From a virus: DNA of 64,000 nt. The notes beneath the pieces were generated by a model that made no database searches, was not told where the DNA came from, and saw only the letters and a program-made list of their open reading frames with translations. Positions within the stretch are counted from its first letter, which is position 1. Every line of letters starts with the position of its first letter. The position numbers were made by a program, and so were the translations under genes. Location of the stretch: IMG/VR virus record IMGVR_UViG_3300044634_001013, positions 5,702 through 69,701 of that record, one strand, 5' to 3'. Of the stretch, positions 36,901 through 46,100 are shown piece by piece.

Positions 36901-37423
36901 TAAGTATGGAGGCAATGTTAATAAGGGCGGGCTTTCTCAGGTAGCTAAAGAGTCTATTGTAAGAGATAACAATTTAAAGGTTGGACAATTCTTTAAATAT
37001 AACGGACAGACTTATAAAATTAAGGCGCCTAACTATATTGTTAGATTGGCAGGTGGAGGGCCAGTATCTGGTCCAGGAACTGGAACATCAGATTCTATTC
37101 CAGCATATCTTTCAAACGGAGAGTTTGTTGTAAATGCTAAATCAGCTTCAGCATTTGGATATTCTAATTTAGAAAAAATTAATAAAATGGCAGCAGGCGG
37201 AATAGCAACAAAGTTTAATGTACCAGCATATTCAACTGGTGGTAGAATGAAATATAGCGAAGGCGGACCAGTTGGCGGGCAGGTAATTAATATGACAATC
37301 AATGCCGCAGAAGGAATGGACGAGAGAGCACTTGCAGATATGGTTATGAATAGACTTAAGGTTGCTAATAGAAACGGTAATTCAAAAGTTGGAGAAACGA
37401 TTGTAATAGGAGGTAGATACTAA
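30911..37423 (+). CDS. Tape measure protein (TP901-type core)
   Basis: 2170 aa, Ala/Leu/Gln-rich helical; GRQLTVGLTVPL, NAVENQTSTTLNDLVEAIPKAG; two G.GT.D..PA.L..GEFVVNA motifs. Confidence 0.93.
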   Translation: MADENIVTNIVANADFSNLIADVHKVTASLSKLQEQIANSNKMLANQISVMNKSFSDTLRSTGQFSTHFVSLQSDVERFGKNLDGGKLKLNQYFQTLQTHTRTSGGLIRDLAKQQVALQNAVLQPLGKNSQGLMQFNVHVPRGLDEVKNKTAIARQELQIMNKVIQQGAGQLINWGKNTQWAGRQLTVGLTVPLAAFGKAAADAFRQADQELVRLTKVYGDVAGTSAQELGKVRDDVIATSRELSKAYGVSFKDTIALAADIAATGKTGNELLASIKETSRLAVLGEVDRQDAMKATLAIQTAFKQNTDELSESINFLNAVENQTSTTLNDLVEAIPKAGPVIQGLGGSVQDLALYLTAMREGGINASEGANALKSALASLINPTNVAVEKFQGFGIDLLGIVGKNAGNVTGTLLELQGALDNLDPLQKQQAIEQLFGKFQFARLNALFENLGRQGSQTLQVMDLMKASSQDLANVAGRELGAVTESASGKYRRAIEGLKADLAGVGEQFLSINTALINVVDKVLQFVNNLPKPLKQALTFLGGLTAVAGPLIMLTGVLANFFGYILKGVGHMKAFFRGGEGWKYLTPEILASEKAGKLMEQTFYSDAKAAGVLQLALRNLIDEFTILEAKAKSGAISVSPAINTMAGNLVQSAGPGGRVVNPQHPLISAVDTRSMSHMNPVAGMTEQQKLAQTLFGVVPGAPRVNNKIKDNPQMYMSGDLPKIEGLTSVRGVSTGVVSEEAAKWHAMTGAMAMQSQSEIELLKSEVAATGTITASLSDSYQALLPQMTALTSKAAAASAQIVAELQAGKLTVDQARAKIVQLNYEIEAAMGQAAAGVAQATGRNISLTQLPLVNQPVVDPSGKSNMKEISRPGRTRDLLNKVARGLGVRTYGAGYSTETTIPKRFNSGNLVPGTGNTDTVPAMLTPGEFVVNAKATRQNLPLLQAINGSGSRGPGYQFGSSKEIRADYTGRELAHLTDMIYTKDLKADQRAALMRQFGVTNADIASETGRYGSSLTAAYHGFFNQGTNNGNLDIQKAIDYLEGKPVLDPKNGMVTHSPSMAYRAMMMDLGVPDSEMDAFSKDMDRKIVANLKSAQESGSIYLADTPKNSSQAGTSTIGKSIEDYVKSTGNPGMVKSLRGLKQPGEFRVQRQGRSSSNRYFPKATSKVSTMLASIIAKKRMPQKLPNLLDIFPKTGKVFQLPKDDIISRGLASRTPYNRRLYRNQGGIIGMNSGGMVPGVQYFNEGSDGPVQPARIRFGSAFAAEREKGFVGRSMAGGPMAGIGVGMGMQMAGGMMGGSAGTMLQMASILPMMAPNMLSGIPTMLGKISGGLKNVGGFASFAGKAIGMAFRVGPLLAITAAIAGTYAMFKKFKEEQEQNRIEETNSIGITKKSAAEAGIKYNNLSDSIKAVNDQLDLTRAKGKNAYESLNSSGVQGLTLSIKELKAGIQDAKKNQKELVSTFTNIDEGTDIQRQQKVIEIATNMKAQFVAAGMSAQDATNKIYAIISASDKADMAFNAISSAGFRNIIDSTTAADSMITKLGKNMNSLSADDLGNSISNATSALDVNLKKLMQTKDENGKLLTQQEAMKKILDDINSKEGARTTITSGQIDTLKKTHPELAAILNDSDNIAGMYSKWRLLLSGVRTDLKNISSEQAQALASFEAALDTAITASEAASTGSGIAYKSQKSIAALQKQIAAGGQNAARSAQKTQDQIKEEIKLIDKRIDKINEEANARKKALEANQSKENLALEIQKAQLEYADKLAAGDMSGAAQAQLRIKQLLGEKETQKALDAIEENRSKREKVLLEQREKLEEQSNRAAKNLTNAQNNAAAATERMSKIDQYQNEYERLIKEQSRLDLILSKDPTNKQALKDQKDLVQGPLGDLAKQIAADATGKDKNLATELKKIFTGTLIDASGKSLAGGITREYSGAQMSDPFYRPGVADKALKQDASAALAGAKAITGGKTIADLYNAYLGIGQAGSTTAKTAYEVDTNYAKYGGNVNKGGLSQVAKESIVRDNNLKVGQFFKYNGQTYKIKAPNYIVRLAGGGPVSGPGTGTSDSIPAYLSNGEFVVNAKSASAFGYSNLEKINKMAAGGIATKFNVPAYSTGGRMKYSEGGPVGGQVINMTINAAEGMDERALADMVMNRLKVANRNGNSKVGETIVIGGRY

Positions 37424-37905
37424 TGGCACATACAGTATATTTACCAGTAGGCTCATTACTATATATTGACACATCTGCAACAAGTACACCAACATGGGTT
37501 AAGCTTTCTGAGCACAATAGACAGCCAGTATCAATTGGTCAAAATCGTATTCAAAAAGCAACACGGATGAGCAATGGAACTCTTAGAAAGTTTTTCATTG
37601 CAGATAAAAAAGAATTTAGTACATCATGGAGCATGCTGCCGTCATTTTCAAATATGACTGTAGATTCTGGATATGGTGCGGTAGACCTAAAGTCATACTT
37701 TGAAGGAAGTAAAGGACAAGGAGTTTTTAAGCTTAAGGTAGTATATGGCAAGAATCAAACATCACCGTTTGCAGACAGAGAAGAGATATTCACAGTGTCC
37801 TTCACATCATGCAGTTTTGAAATAGTAAAGCGAAATGTTAAAGATGCCGTAGGTAACCCAGCTCAAGAATTCTGGAATGTATCTATCGCAATGGAAGAGG
37901 TATAA
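37423..37905 (+). CDS. Distal tail protein (Dit-like)
   Basis: First gene after the tape measure; RMSNGTLRKFFIADK..FSTSW..LP; TAATG coupling. Confidence 0.7.
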   Translation: MAHTVYLPVGSLLYIDTSATSTPTWVKLSEHNRQPVSIGQNRIQKATRMSNGTLRKFFIADKKEFSTSWSMLPSFSNMTVDSGYGAVDLKSYFEGSKGQGVFKLKVVYGKNQTSPFADREEIFTVSFTSCSFEIVKRNVKDAVGNPAQEFWNVSIAMEEV

Positions 37906-40157
37906 TGATTACCTCAGTTCCATCATCAAATAATACCGTAGTTCAAAATTTATTCAAGCAACAGTCTTCAGTCAGAATTGGTACTGGATGTACTATTGAA
38001 TATAATATGAATTCAATGCTTGATAACATAGTTGTGAGTTACCCTTTAAGCATGGATCAGTATTATGCAAAATCAGAAAATGGGAAAGTAAACACATATA
38101 AAAAGCTATTTCCAATTGATTCGATAGTTAAAGCATTTAGACCATTATATTCTGGAGTAAAATATTTAATCTGGACAAATCCAATTACAGAGACACCAAT
38201 AAATAGCTTTTATTCACCAAGAACATTTACATACCCTAGATCTTCATCAACACAGACAGATGGCTATGAGTCAGCCGTAACAACTATATACCCAAGACTT
38301 TATTATCCTGGGGTAACTACTTCTTATAAATATTGGGTTTCTCCAATTAATCAAAATGCGGATCTAACAGTAACCTACTCTGTTTTAACAGCAACAGTTA
38401 AGGAGGCTTCCAGTTCAGGTTCCCTAGTTACATATACATGTTTAAATAATCATGGATTTAGTTCAGGACAAACTGTTTCTATTACTGGGCTGTCTACTTC
38501 AGCATTTAATTTATCTTCTGTTGTAATTGCATCTACTCCAACACCAACTTCATTCACAGTTGCAAACTCAGCAACTGGCACTTGGGCCAGAGAGCAATCT
38601 GGAACTGCAACTCTTTCTGCTGCAACAAAGCCTGCAGCATCAAACAAAATTGTTGCAAGATTTGAAAAAACTCATATCCTTCCAAGCAATTATACTATTA
38701 CAATAACGTATTCTGATAACACAACTGCAACAGTAACTCAGTCTTCTGTCGACGCTTCTGGTCAAATAGTTTTGTTTTACAACGGAACATCTTGGACAAC
38801 AACAGAGCCATTAGAATATTCCACTCCTAAATTAATTAAGTCTATAAGACTACAGGCGACCAATCCAGGCGGCGGTAAAGTAATAGGCGTAATCGAAGTA
38901 TCTGCTAGATGGATAAAGGATATAAGCTCAGACATAGCTTCATTTGAAATACAAAAGGAATCTTCTTCAAGCTCAGAAGATATTCTCCCAGTAGGAAAGA
39001 TTACAGCAAATAATATTAATCTTGAGCTAATCAAGTATAACGAAGATGCCCTAGAGTATATATCTTACAATAGAGCAGAGTCTTTTGATATAACAAAAAA
39101 TTATTTAGTTAAGAATGCTGAATTAAAACCATACTTTTCAGTGTATCATTCTACAGGAACATACGGCTCTTCTGGCTCATTGTTCGATAAGATTCCTCAA
39201 GGATCCTATTACATAGACTCATGGTCAATACAGGAAACTGGAGAGGTATCATTAAATGCTTTAGACGGCGCAAAGTATTTAATGGAGACAATTGCTCCAG
39301 ATATGCTGTGTGAGCAGTATCCAGTTACAGCAATTATAAGAAGGCTTCTAGACTCAATTGGATTTACAAACTATGAAATAAGAACAACTACTGCAGATAA
39401 ATCTGTACCATTAATTAATTTCTGGTGGACAAATGGATCAAAGACTGTCTGGCAAGCTCTTCAAGAGCTATGTAGGGATATTCAGATGAACGCACTCTTT
39501 GACGAGAACAACGTGCTTCAATTTGCAAGCAGAGAATATATTTATACTAAGTCTAATGTAGACTGGTCTTTCACATATGATGAAGACGGAACCACTTTAC
39601 CTAATATTGTTTCTTTTTCTAAACAAGAACTTCCTTCTGCAAATCAAGTTAAGATTTTATGGCAAAGCCAGATGACATCTAATTATGCTGGAAACTCTGG
39701 AGATCTTTGGACCGATGAAGTATCTTATCTAAGCGCAGGCGGACTCAGATCAGACATACTTGCCAATACCTCACCAGAGAATACGGTTCTAGCAATAGAT
39801 ATTGAAACATTAGACAGGTATAGCCCATCAGTAACACTTTATAATTATTCTGGATACGTTATGATTGATTCAGAAATAATTGAATACGATGCAATTCAAT
39901 ATCAATATACACCAATAGGATCAAATACTTCTCAGTTGGTCTGGATATCATCTTCTAGCGATGTAAATAAGTATAGATACCTTTCAAGACCTGGGTATGC
40001 TGATATTAAAAAGCCACAGGAAACTGCTTACTTTAGACCTACTGGAAGATATCGTGTAAAAACCAGAGGTGCTTTTGGCACAACACCTGCTGCTCATCCA
40101 GCATCAGCTTTAACATCTTTAGCAAACTGGAATCAAAGAAAGGCGTTTTGGGAATAA
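37905..40157 (+). CDS. Baseplate hub/minor tail protein, N-terminal part
   Basis: LPVGKITAN, G.YYIDSW, L.ALDGAKYL, TVWQALQELC......LFDENNVLQF, AN.VKI hub motifs. Confidence 0.7.
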   Translation: MITSVPSSNNTVVQNLFKQQSSVRIGTGCTIEYNMNSMLDNIVVSYPLSMDQYYAKSENGKVNTYKKLFPIDSIVKAFRPLYSGVKYLIWTNPITETPINSFYSPRTFTYPRSSSTQTDGYESAVTTIYPRLYYPGVTTSYKYWVSPINQNADLTVTYSVLTATVKEASSSGSLVTYTCLNNHGFSSGQTVSITGLSTSAFNLSSVVIASTPTPTSFTVANSATGTWAREQSGTATLSAATKPAASNKIVARFEKTHILPSNYTITITYSDNTTATVTQSSVDASGQIVLFYNGTSWTTTEPLEYSTPKLIKSIRLQATNPGGGKVIGVIEVSARWIKDISSDIASFEIQKESSSSSEDILPVGKITANNINLELIKYNEDALEYISYNRAESFDITKNYLVKNAELKPYFSVYHSTGTYGSSGSLFDKIPQGSYYIDSWSIQETGEVSLNALDGAKYLMETIAPDMLCEQYPVTAIIRRLLDSIGFTNYEIRTTTADKSVPLINFWWTNGSKTVWQALQELCRDIQMNALFDENNVLQFASREYIYTKSNVDWSFTYDEDGTTLPNIVSFSKQELPSANQVKILWQSQMTSNYAGNSGDLWTDEVSYLSAGGLRSDILANTSPENTVLAIDIETLDRYSPSVTLYNYSGYVMIDSEIIEYDAIQYQYTPIGSNTSQLVWISSSSDVNKYRYLSRPGYADIKKPQETAYFRPTGRYRVKTRGAFGTTPAAHPASALTSLANWNQRKAFWE

Positions 40158-41863
40158 TGGCAGCTTACTATAGTCGTAATACAGATGGTTCACCTACTCT
40201 TTTAATTATTGATACTCCAGAAATTATTAACGTATCAACAACAGAAGTTTCTGTTTCCATATCTACCTTGAATATGACAGTTACGCCAACAAAATATTTT
40301 GTTCAATGGTACAAAATAAATTCAAGCGGGGTACCAGTTGGAACTGTTAATAATCAAGAGTTTACATCCAACCCATTTACATTAGCTGGCCTTTCTGCTG
40401 GTACAGAGTATCAAATTTCCGTAACTGCTTATAACGGATCAACTTTTGGAAATACTGTTATCAGAAGGTTTGGCACATCTATTGAGTACGGTGTTGCTGG
40501 ATCTACTGGTGTAGCATTAGACCCAACAAAAGCGGCAGCAGCTAAATCGTTTTTAAGAATGACAAATAGTTCAACTAACCCGAAAGAACACTCAGTCGCA
40601 TATAGATCATTTAATGCTATTACACTTCCAACGATAACAACCACAACAGTAAAACTAGGGGTTAAAAATACACAGACTATCAACAGATACTCAACCTCTT
40701 ACTATGCGTTCGGCACCAAGCTGTTTGTAGACTCTATTATTGATAAGTCAAGTCAGTCTGCTGGCTTTGGATTCTTTATTGATAATAATGGTAACGATGG
40801 GTACTACGTTATGATTGAGACTACAGAAACAGCAGCAGCTGCAAATAAAAAAGAGGTTAGAATATGTAAAGTTCGTGGCGGGGATATATCTGTTTTAAAC
40901 GATACTCAAAGAAATACCGTTAGTACGCTAAATGGGGTATATGGTGGAAGAGCATATAATATTGACATTAAGGTTTACGTGAATCTTTCTTCAGTTAAAA
41001 TTGATGCTTACATAAATGGATTTAGAATTACTGCTACAGACAGCACTAGAATTGTTGAAGGAGAAGATGGGCAGAGCATACTAAATAAAATGATAGCTCC
41101 AAGCAAATCAATTGCCGCCATCTGTAAAAAAGGAGAAGCGATTTTTGACTATGTTTACGGTACAGACATAACAGATAAGATGTATAATTCATCAAGCTTT
41201 GTAAAAAATATGTATCAGGGCACATTCTCTAATGATTATTTAAATATGGGGTTCGGAGATATTATTTATAACTCTTCAGTAGAAGAAGACAATCAGGCAA
41301 AGCCAGCAGCATTAGATGAGTTTGGCACATCAGTAAGAGAAATAAAAAAGGTTTCTTTAAGGTACAATAGCGCACCAGCTTACCCAATTAAATTTTCAAC
41401 TGGATTAAATAAATCAGCCAAGGTGCTTGGATCAAGGCTAAGCAATTTTGGAGGAGAGGCTTATGTTTTAAATAACAGCGCAGCCCTTACACCATTAAAT
41501 GATCAGGAGTCTGCTACATTCTATCTTTACGGAGACACAATTGCCCCATCTGGTACATTAGAATATCAAACCGACGTCTTGTCTGACTATATAAATCAAG
41601 AGCCAGTCGTCTTTGAATCTTCTTGGTTACAAAATTTATCAGACGTTGAGTCTTTGGGCAAATGGATTAAGAGTAATATAGTAAATAAAGGAAAGCTAAT
41701 TAATATGTCTATATTTGGAAATCCATTTATTTCAGTTGGAGATATCGTTTCTATAAAGTATTCTTATCAGGGATTAGACGGAACCCAAAAATTTATTGTT
41801 ACAAATGTAAGACATAGCTTTAATCAAGGATTAGATACGGAGATTGTTTGTCGAACCCTTTAG
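40157..41863 (+). CDS. Baseplate hub/minor tail protein, C-terminal part with an FN3-like domain
   Basis: ATG in TAATG overlap; GLSAGTEYQISVTAYN (FN3); DEFGTSVRE; FGNPFISVGDIVSI.Y...F.VTNV.H hub terminus. Confidence 0.7.
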   Translation: MAAYYSRNTDGSPTLLIIDTPEIINVSTTEVSVSISTLNMTVTPTKYFVQWYKINSSGVPVGTVNNQEFTSNPFTLAGLSAGTEYQISVTAYNGSTFGNTVIRRFGTSIEYGVAGSTGVALDPTKAAAAKSFLRMTNSSTNPKEHSVAYRSFNAITLPTITTTTVKLGVKNTQTINRYSTSYYAFGTKLFVDSIIDKSSQSAGFGFFIDNNGNDGYYVMIETTETAAAANKKEVRICKVRGGDISVLNDTQRNTVSTLNGVYGGRAYNIDIKVYVNLSSVKIDAYINGFRITATDSTRIVEGEDGQSILNKMIAPSKSIAAICKKGEAIFDYVYGTDITDKMYNSSSFVKNMYQGTFSNDYLNMGFGDIIYNSSVEEDNQAKPAALDEFGTSVREIKKVSLRYNSAPAYPIKFSTGLNKSAKVLGSRLSNFGGEAYVLNNSAALTPLNDQESATFYLYGDTIAPSGTLEYQTDVLSDYINQEPVVFESSWLQNLSDVESLGKWIKSNIVNKGKLINMSIFGNPFISVGDIVSIKYSYQGLDGTQKFIVTNVRHSFNQGLDTEIVCRTL

Positions 41864-41881
41864 TCGACTAAATGATATAAT
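41859..41881 (+). promoter_or_regulatory. Extended -10 promoter TGaTATAAT preceded by the perfect palindrome TTTAGTCGACTAAA; leaderless
   Basis: -10 at 41876-41881, ATG 6 nt later at 41888, no SD; 14-bp palindrome at 41859-41872. Confidence 0.65.
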
Positions 41882-41887
41882 AATAAA

Positions 41888-42262
41888 ATGGTTGCAGACT
41901 CAGGTAGAATAGATAAGAAGTCCATTGTAGATGGCCCAGCAATTATTGCTGCCCCAGAGGATTTTGTTTTTGTTGGACCATTTAAGGCAGTTAATGTTAA
42001 AGGCGGATCAACGTCTCAGGGATTGTCTCCATTCGGCCTGGGAAGCGGTTTTGGGGACGGCGGAGGCGATGGGGATACTCCAGATGACCCTGGCACAGAA
42101 GATGTGCCTCAATTGACCGATATTGAGAAGGTAGAGTATGAGCAATATTTTGACTCATTTAATTCTATTAGATTTAATGCTATAGTTACTATTAGAAATT
42201 CAAGTAAAAGAAAAGCAGATGTTATAGCAGTTGATGCTAGAAATAAGCCAAAGGGGACGTAA
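41888..42262 (+). CDS. Hypothetical baseplate-region protein
   Basis: Clean ORF coupled (TAATG) to the next gene. Confidence 0.65.
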   Translation: MVADSGRIDKKSIVDGPAIIAAPEDFVFVGPFKAVNVKGGSTSQGLSPFGLGSGFGDGGGDGDTPDDPGTEDVPQLTDIEKVEYEQYFDSFNSIRFNAIVTIRNSSKRKADVIAVDARNKPKGT

Positions 42263-43185
42263 TGCTAAAAGGAACATATATATTCTACGAAGACGGTAAA
42301 GAGATTTATCGCTCTGCAAATGTTATAACTAAGTTTGGCAAAAGATTCCTTGCAAACTATATTGCTGGTAATGAGACCTTTGCTTCAAAATCAATGGCAT
42401 TTGGAATTGATTCAACAACAGCAACCGACCTTGATACAAGATTAGGATTTGAATTTTATAGGACCCCAGTGCTATTTGGATCAACAGATATTCAAACGGT
42501 CTCAGGAAACACCTCATATTCTGTAGTTTATAAATCAACAATTCCACAGGATGTATCTGGAGTTATTAAAGAGGTTGGAATTTATCCAGAGTTTAGACAG
42601 ACACTAGGCACATTTGACAGCAAGTTTCTTTTAGATTTTGAGGATAACTTAGACTGGACAAATACGCCGTCTCTCGTCACATCAAATGCTACAGTTGGTT
42701 CAAGCCTTCTGGTAATGTCATCTACAGGTGCGGCAGCCAGAGAATATAAAACCAACATAGATAGCTTAGACATATCTGGGTATAGCGTAAACGATACAAT
42801 TAGATTAGCTTACTATAAGTATGACTCAAATCTTTCAAATATAATTATTAAATTTTATAGTTCTGATACAGCATATTATCAAGTAACTGTTTCTCCAGCC
42901 AGCGGAACAGGTAATAAAATTACATCAGACATATTAATAGGAACACTATTATCTGGAGCAACAAACCCATCTCCCGATCCAACAAGCATAACTAAAATTG
43001 GAATTGTTATTACTCCAACATCTGGAAACAACACCTCAGTTGGAATGGATGCTCTTAGAGTAAATGACGAGGACACGTTTGACGCAACGTTTGGATTAAT
43101 AAGTAGATCTGTTTTATCTACAACATTAAATAAATTGGCTGGAAGACAGGTTGACGTAGAATATAGATTGGATTTAACATTCTAA
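42262..43185 (+). CDS. Baseplate/collar protein (fibre attachment)
   Basis: NVITKFGKRFLA...MAFG......DTRLGFEFYR...IKEVGIY...K......VEYRL pattern. Confidence 0.65.
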   Translation: MLKGTYIFYEDGKEIYRSANVITKFGKRFLANYIAGNETFASKSMAFGIDSTTATDLDTRLGFEFYRTPVLFGSTDIQTVSGNTSYSVVYKSTIPQDVSGVIKEVGIYPEFRQTLGTFDSKFLLDFEDNLDWTNTPSLVTSNATVGSSLLVMSSTGAAAREYKTNIDSLDISGYSVNDTIRLAYYKYDSNLSNIIIKFYSSDTAYYQVTVSPASGTGNKITSDILIGTLLSGATNPSPDPTSITKIGIVITPTSGNNTSVGMDALRVNDEDTFDATFGLISRSVLSTTLNKLAGRQVDVEYRLDLTF

Positions 43186-43186
43186 T

Positions 43187-46100
43187 ATGGCATACGACGA
43201 CTATGAAGATAAAAGCTTTAAAATAGATGATAACTATTTTAAAGTAATAATTCCAGATTTAGATCCAGGAAAAGACATACCAGTACAGTTTAGATGGCAA
43301 TATTCAGATAATAAGTATGGTGACTGGTCTGTTGCAAAGATATTATCAGTTCCACAAATAAGCAGACCAGAAGTGGAAAATGTTGTTGCGGTATGGGATG
43401 GAACAACATTAAAGATAACTTGGGATAAAACTTCTCAATTAGCAAACTCTTATCAAATATATTTAACTAATGGTGGAACCACCATGTCTTGGACTAAGGG
43501 CATAGATAAGAATCAAACCTCACAATCATGGACCTTGAGCGAAGCAGACAATATAGCAAACTTTAATAATGTTTTTAGAACATCATTTACTGGATTCTTA
43601 AAGACTACATATATTGATAATACTACTACTGGAGTAGCATTTACTACCCCGACATTTTTAGATGGTTTAACTGGAGCGTCAATATCTGATGCAAGTTGGT
43701 CTATAACTTCAGTTGATGATGGGTCCATCGTTGCATGGGATAAAATTGAAAATGCTTTTTATTTAGAGACAGAGGTTTGGAAATCTGATACACAAAATGG
43801 AACATATGTTGGTGCAGGCGGTGCAACAAATGCTCCAGTAAAAGTAAAACATATTAGCGATGTATGGATTAAGATACGTCACAGAACTAAAGGTAATACA
43901 TATACTGCATACTCAAATTCAAAACAAGCCTCTAGGTATGATCCTTTATTTGAAGATGTAACGCCTCCAAATGCAGCAACAGTAAATAGTGTTGTTTGGT
44001 CAGGCAGTGATATTATTATTAATTACACAATGCCAGCATCTGATCCCCCAGTTAGATTTAAAACTACATTAACTAACGGATTATACTCTGGAACATTCTA
44101 CGACTTTGCGTCGGCTCCGACTGGTACATTTAATTTAACTATTACAGATGCAAGAATCTATCAGCAAATAGGTCAAAGATTTTCTTCATATAGCGGATTA
44201 CTTGAATCAATTGACGGTGCAGGAAACTCAGCAACAGGTGTATCATTTACCGTCCCAGTTCGTTCTAATCCAGGGGCTGGAATAACTCCTACATTTACAT
44301 TAACTGGAATCACAAATGGATATGCAGCAACATGGTCAGCTCCAAGTTGGGTAGAGTACACAAGAGTATACGAAGGTACATCTTCTGGATTTACTCCTAA
44401 TGATTCTACAAATTTAGTTTATAGTGGACCTAGTCCAGCAATTGTAAAAACTGTAGGAAGAACAGACCCTTTTGGTAGAAAGTATATTAAGATAAGATAC
44501 TTCGGATCATTTGGAGGAGACCAATCTGAATTCTTCTCCGCAGAACAATTTGTAGATCCAATTGACGCTCTTACCGCAGATGTTAACGCACCAGACGCAC
44601 CATCTTCTGGCCTAACCGCAAGTACTGGAATTGATACTACTGGAACCATGGGATTTAACGGCTTTATAAACCTTGCATGGAATGCTGTTTCAGATACAAC
44701 TTTGCGTGGATATAGAATTAGATTCCGTCCTTATAAGTCTTCAGCGCCATTCGAAAACTATTCTTATGTAGATTCTCCTGGAACTGGAACTTCATACAGG
44801 CTTGCTGGACTAGCTGTTGGTGCAACTTATGAAGTAGCCATCGCATCATACGATGAATATAATAACACTTCATCTGCATATAGTTCTTATAGCAATCAAA
44901 CAATTTCTGGAACTCCAGCAATGTCAAACTTTATTACTGCTGGAGCCGCAGGATTTCAGTTTGGATCTGGAATCAAAGATAAGACTGGAACAGAAAACGC
45001 ATCAGCACAAGGATTGTATTTAAGCAACAGTAATTATTGGTATTTAACTGCAGCTAATACTGCTCAATTTAAAATTGGTGGCGACTCAAATAATTATGTT
45101 GAATGGACGGGTGCGCTTCTTAAAATAGACGGAGATCTAGGAGTTGCTGGCGGAACCACAATTGGTGGAAACATTTCCATGAAAAATTCTGGTGCATCTA
45201 TTTACGCAGGAACATTGTCTGGAGCTGGCGCATTAAATTCAGATGGATTTATATTGAATTACGGCGGTCTAGCAGCAAGAAAAACATTTACAGTTGATGG
45301 ACAGTCAGTAACAAAAGAAGTTAGACTACAAACTGGTGACGGTATTTATGCTGATTATGGTCAAATTGCTGGATGGACAATCGATACAGACAGAATAGAA
45401 AGAGGCACTGGTGGAGTTGGTAATCTTTACGCTGGATTATCTTCTACAGGAACTTACTCGTTTTGGGCAGGTTCTACTGGATCTAAAGGTAACTCAAGCG
45501 CTAAGTTTTTAGTAACTCCTGGTGGACAAGTAACTTCTAGAGCAATGACTATTATTGCAGATGGAGGAAATCCTACAGGTAAAATTATAGATGCTGGCCC
45601 ATTCTTTGTGCAAAACGATGGATACATGGAAGCATCTGGCGCAAAAATTACTGGTGAGATTAATGCAAGTACTGGAAAAATTAGCGGTAAGGTAACTATA
45701 GGATCTGTTGGAGAGCCAAATGGATACCTACAGGTATTGGCTGGAAATGGATTTTTAGAAGTTGGATATGGGCTTACTAAATCTGGAAACGCTTATTATG
45801 GTATTCAGGCTGGATCTATATCTGGGTCTACAAGAACAAACAAATTTGAAGTAAATGCATTAACTGGTGAGATGACTGCTGTTGGAGGCGGAAACATTGG
45901 TGGATGGACAATTGGCACAACAGAACTTTCTGCTGGAACTGGGGCTTCATATGTTGCTGTTTCTGCAGGAGGAACAGATGCATTCTGGGCGGGAAATGCA
46001 ACAGCTGCTAGCGCTCCATTTAGAGTCACATCAGCAGGTGTATTGACAGCAACAGGTGCAACAATTCGTGGAACTTTAAGGGCATCTGGCGGAGGATTTG

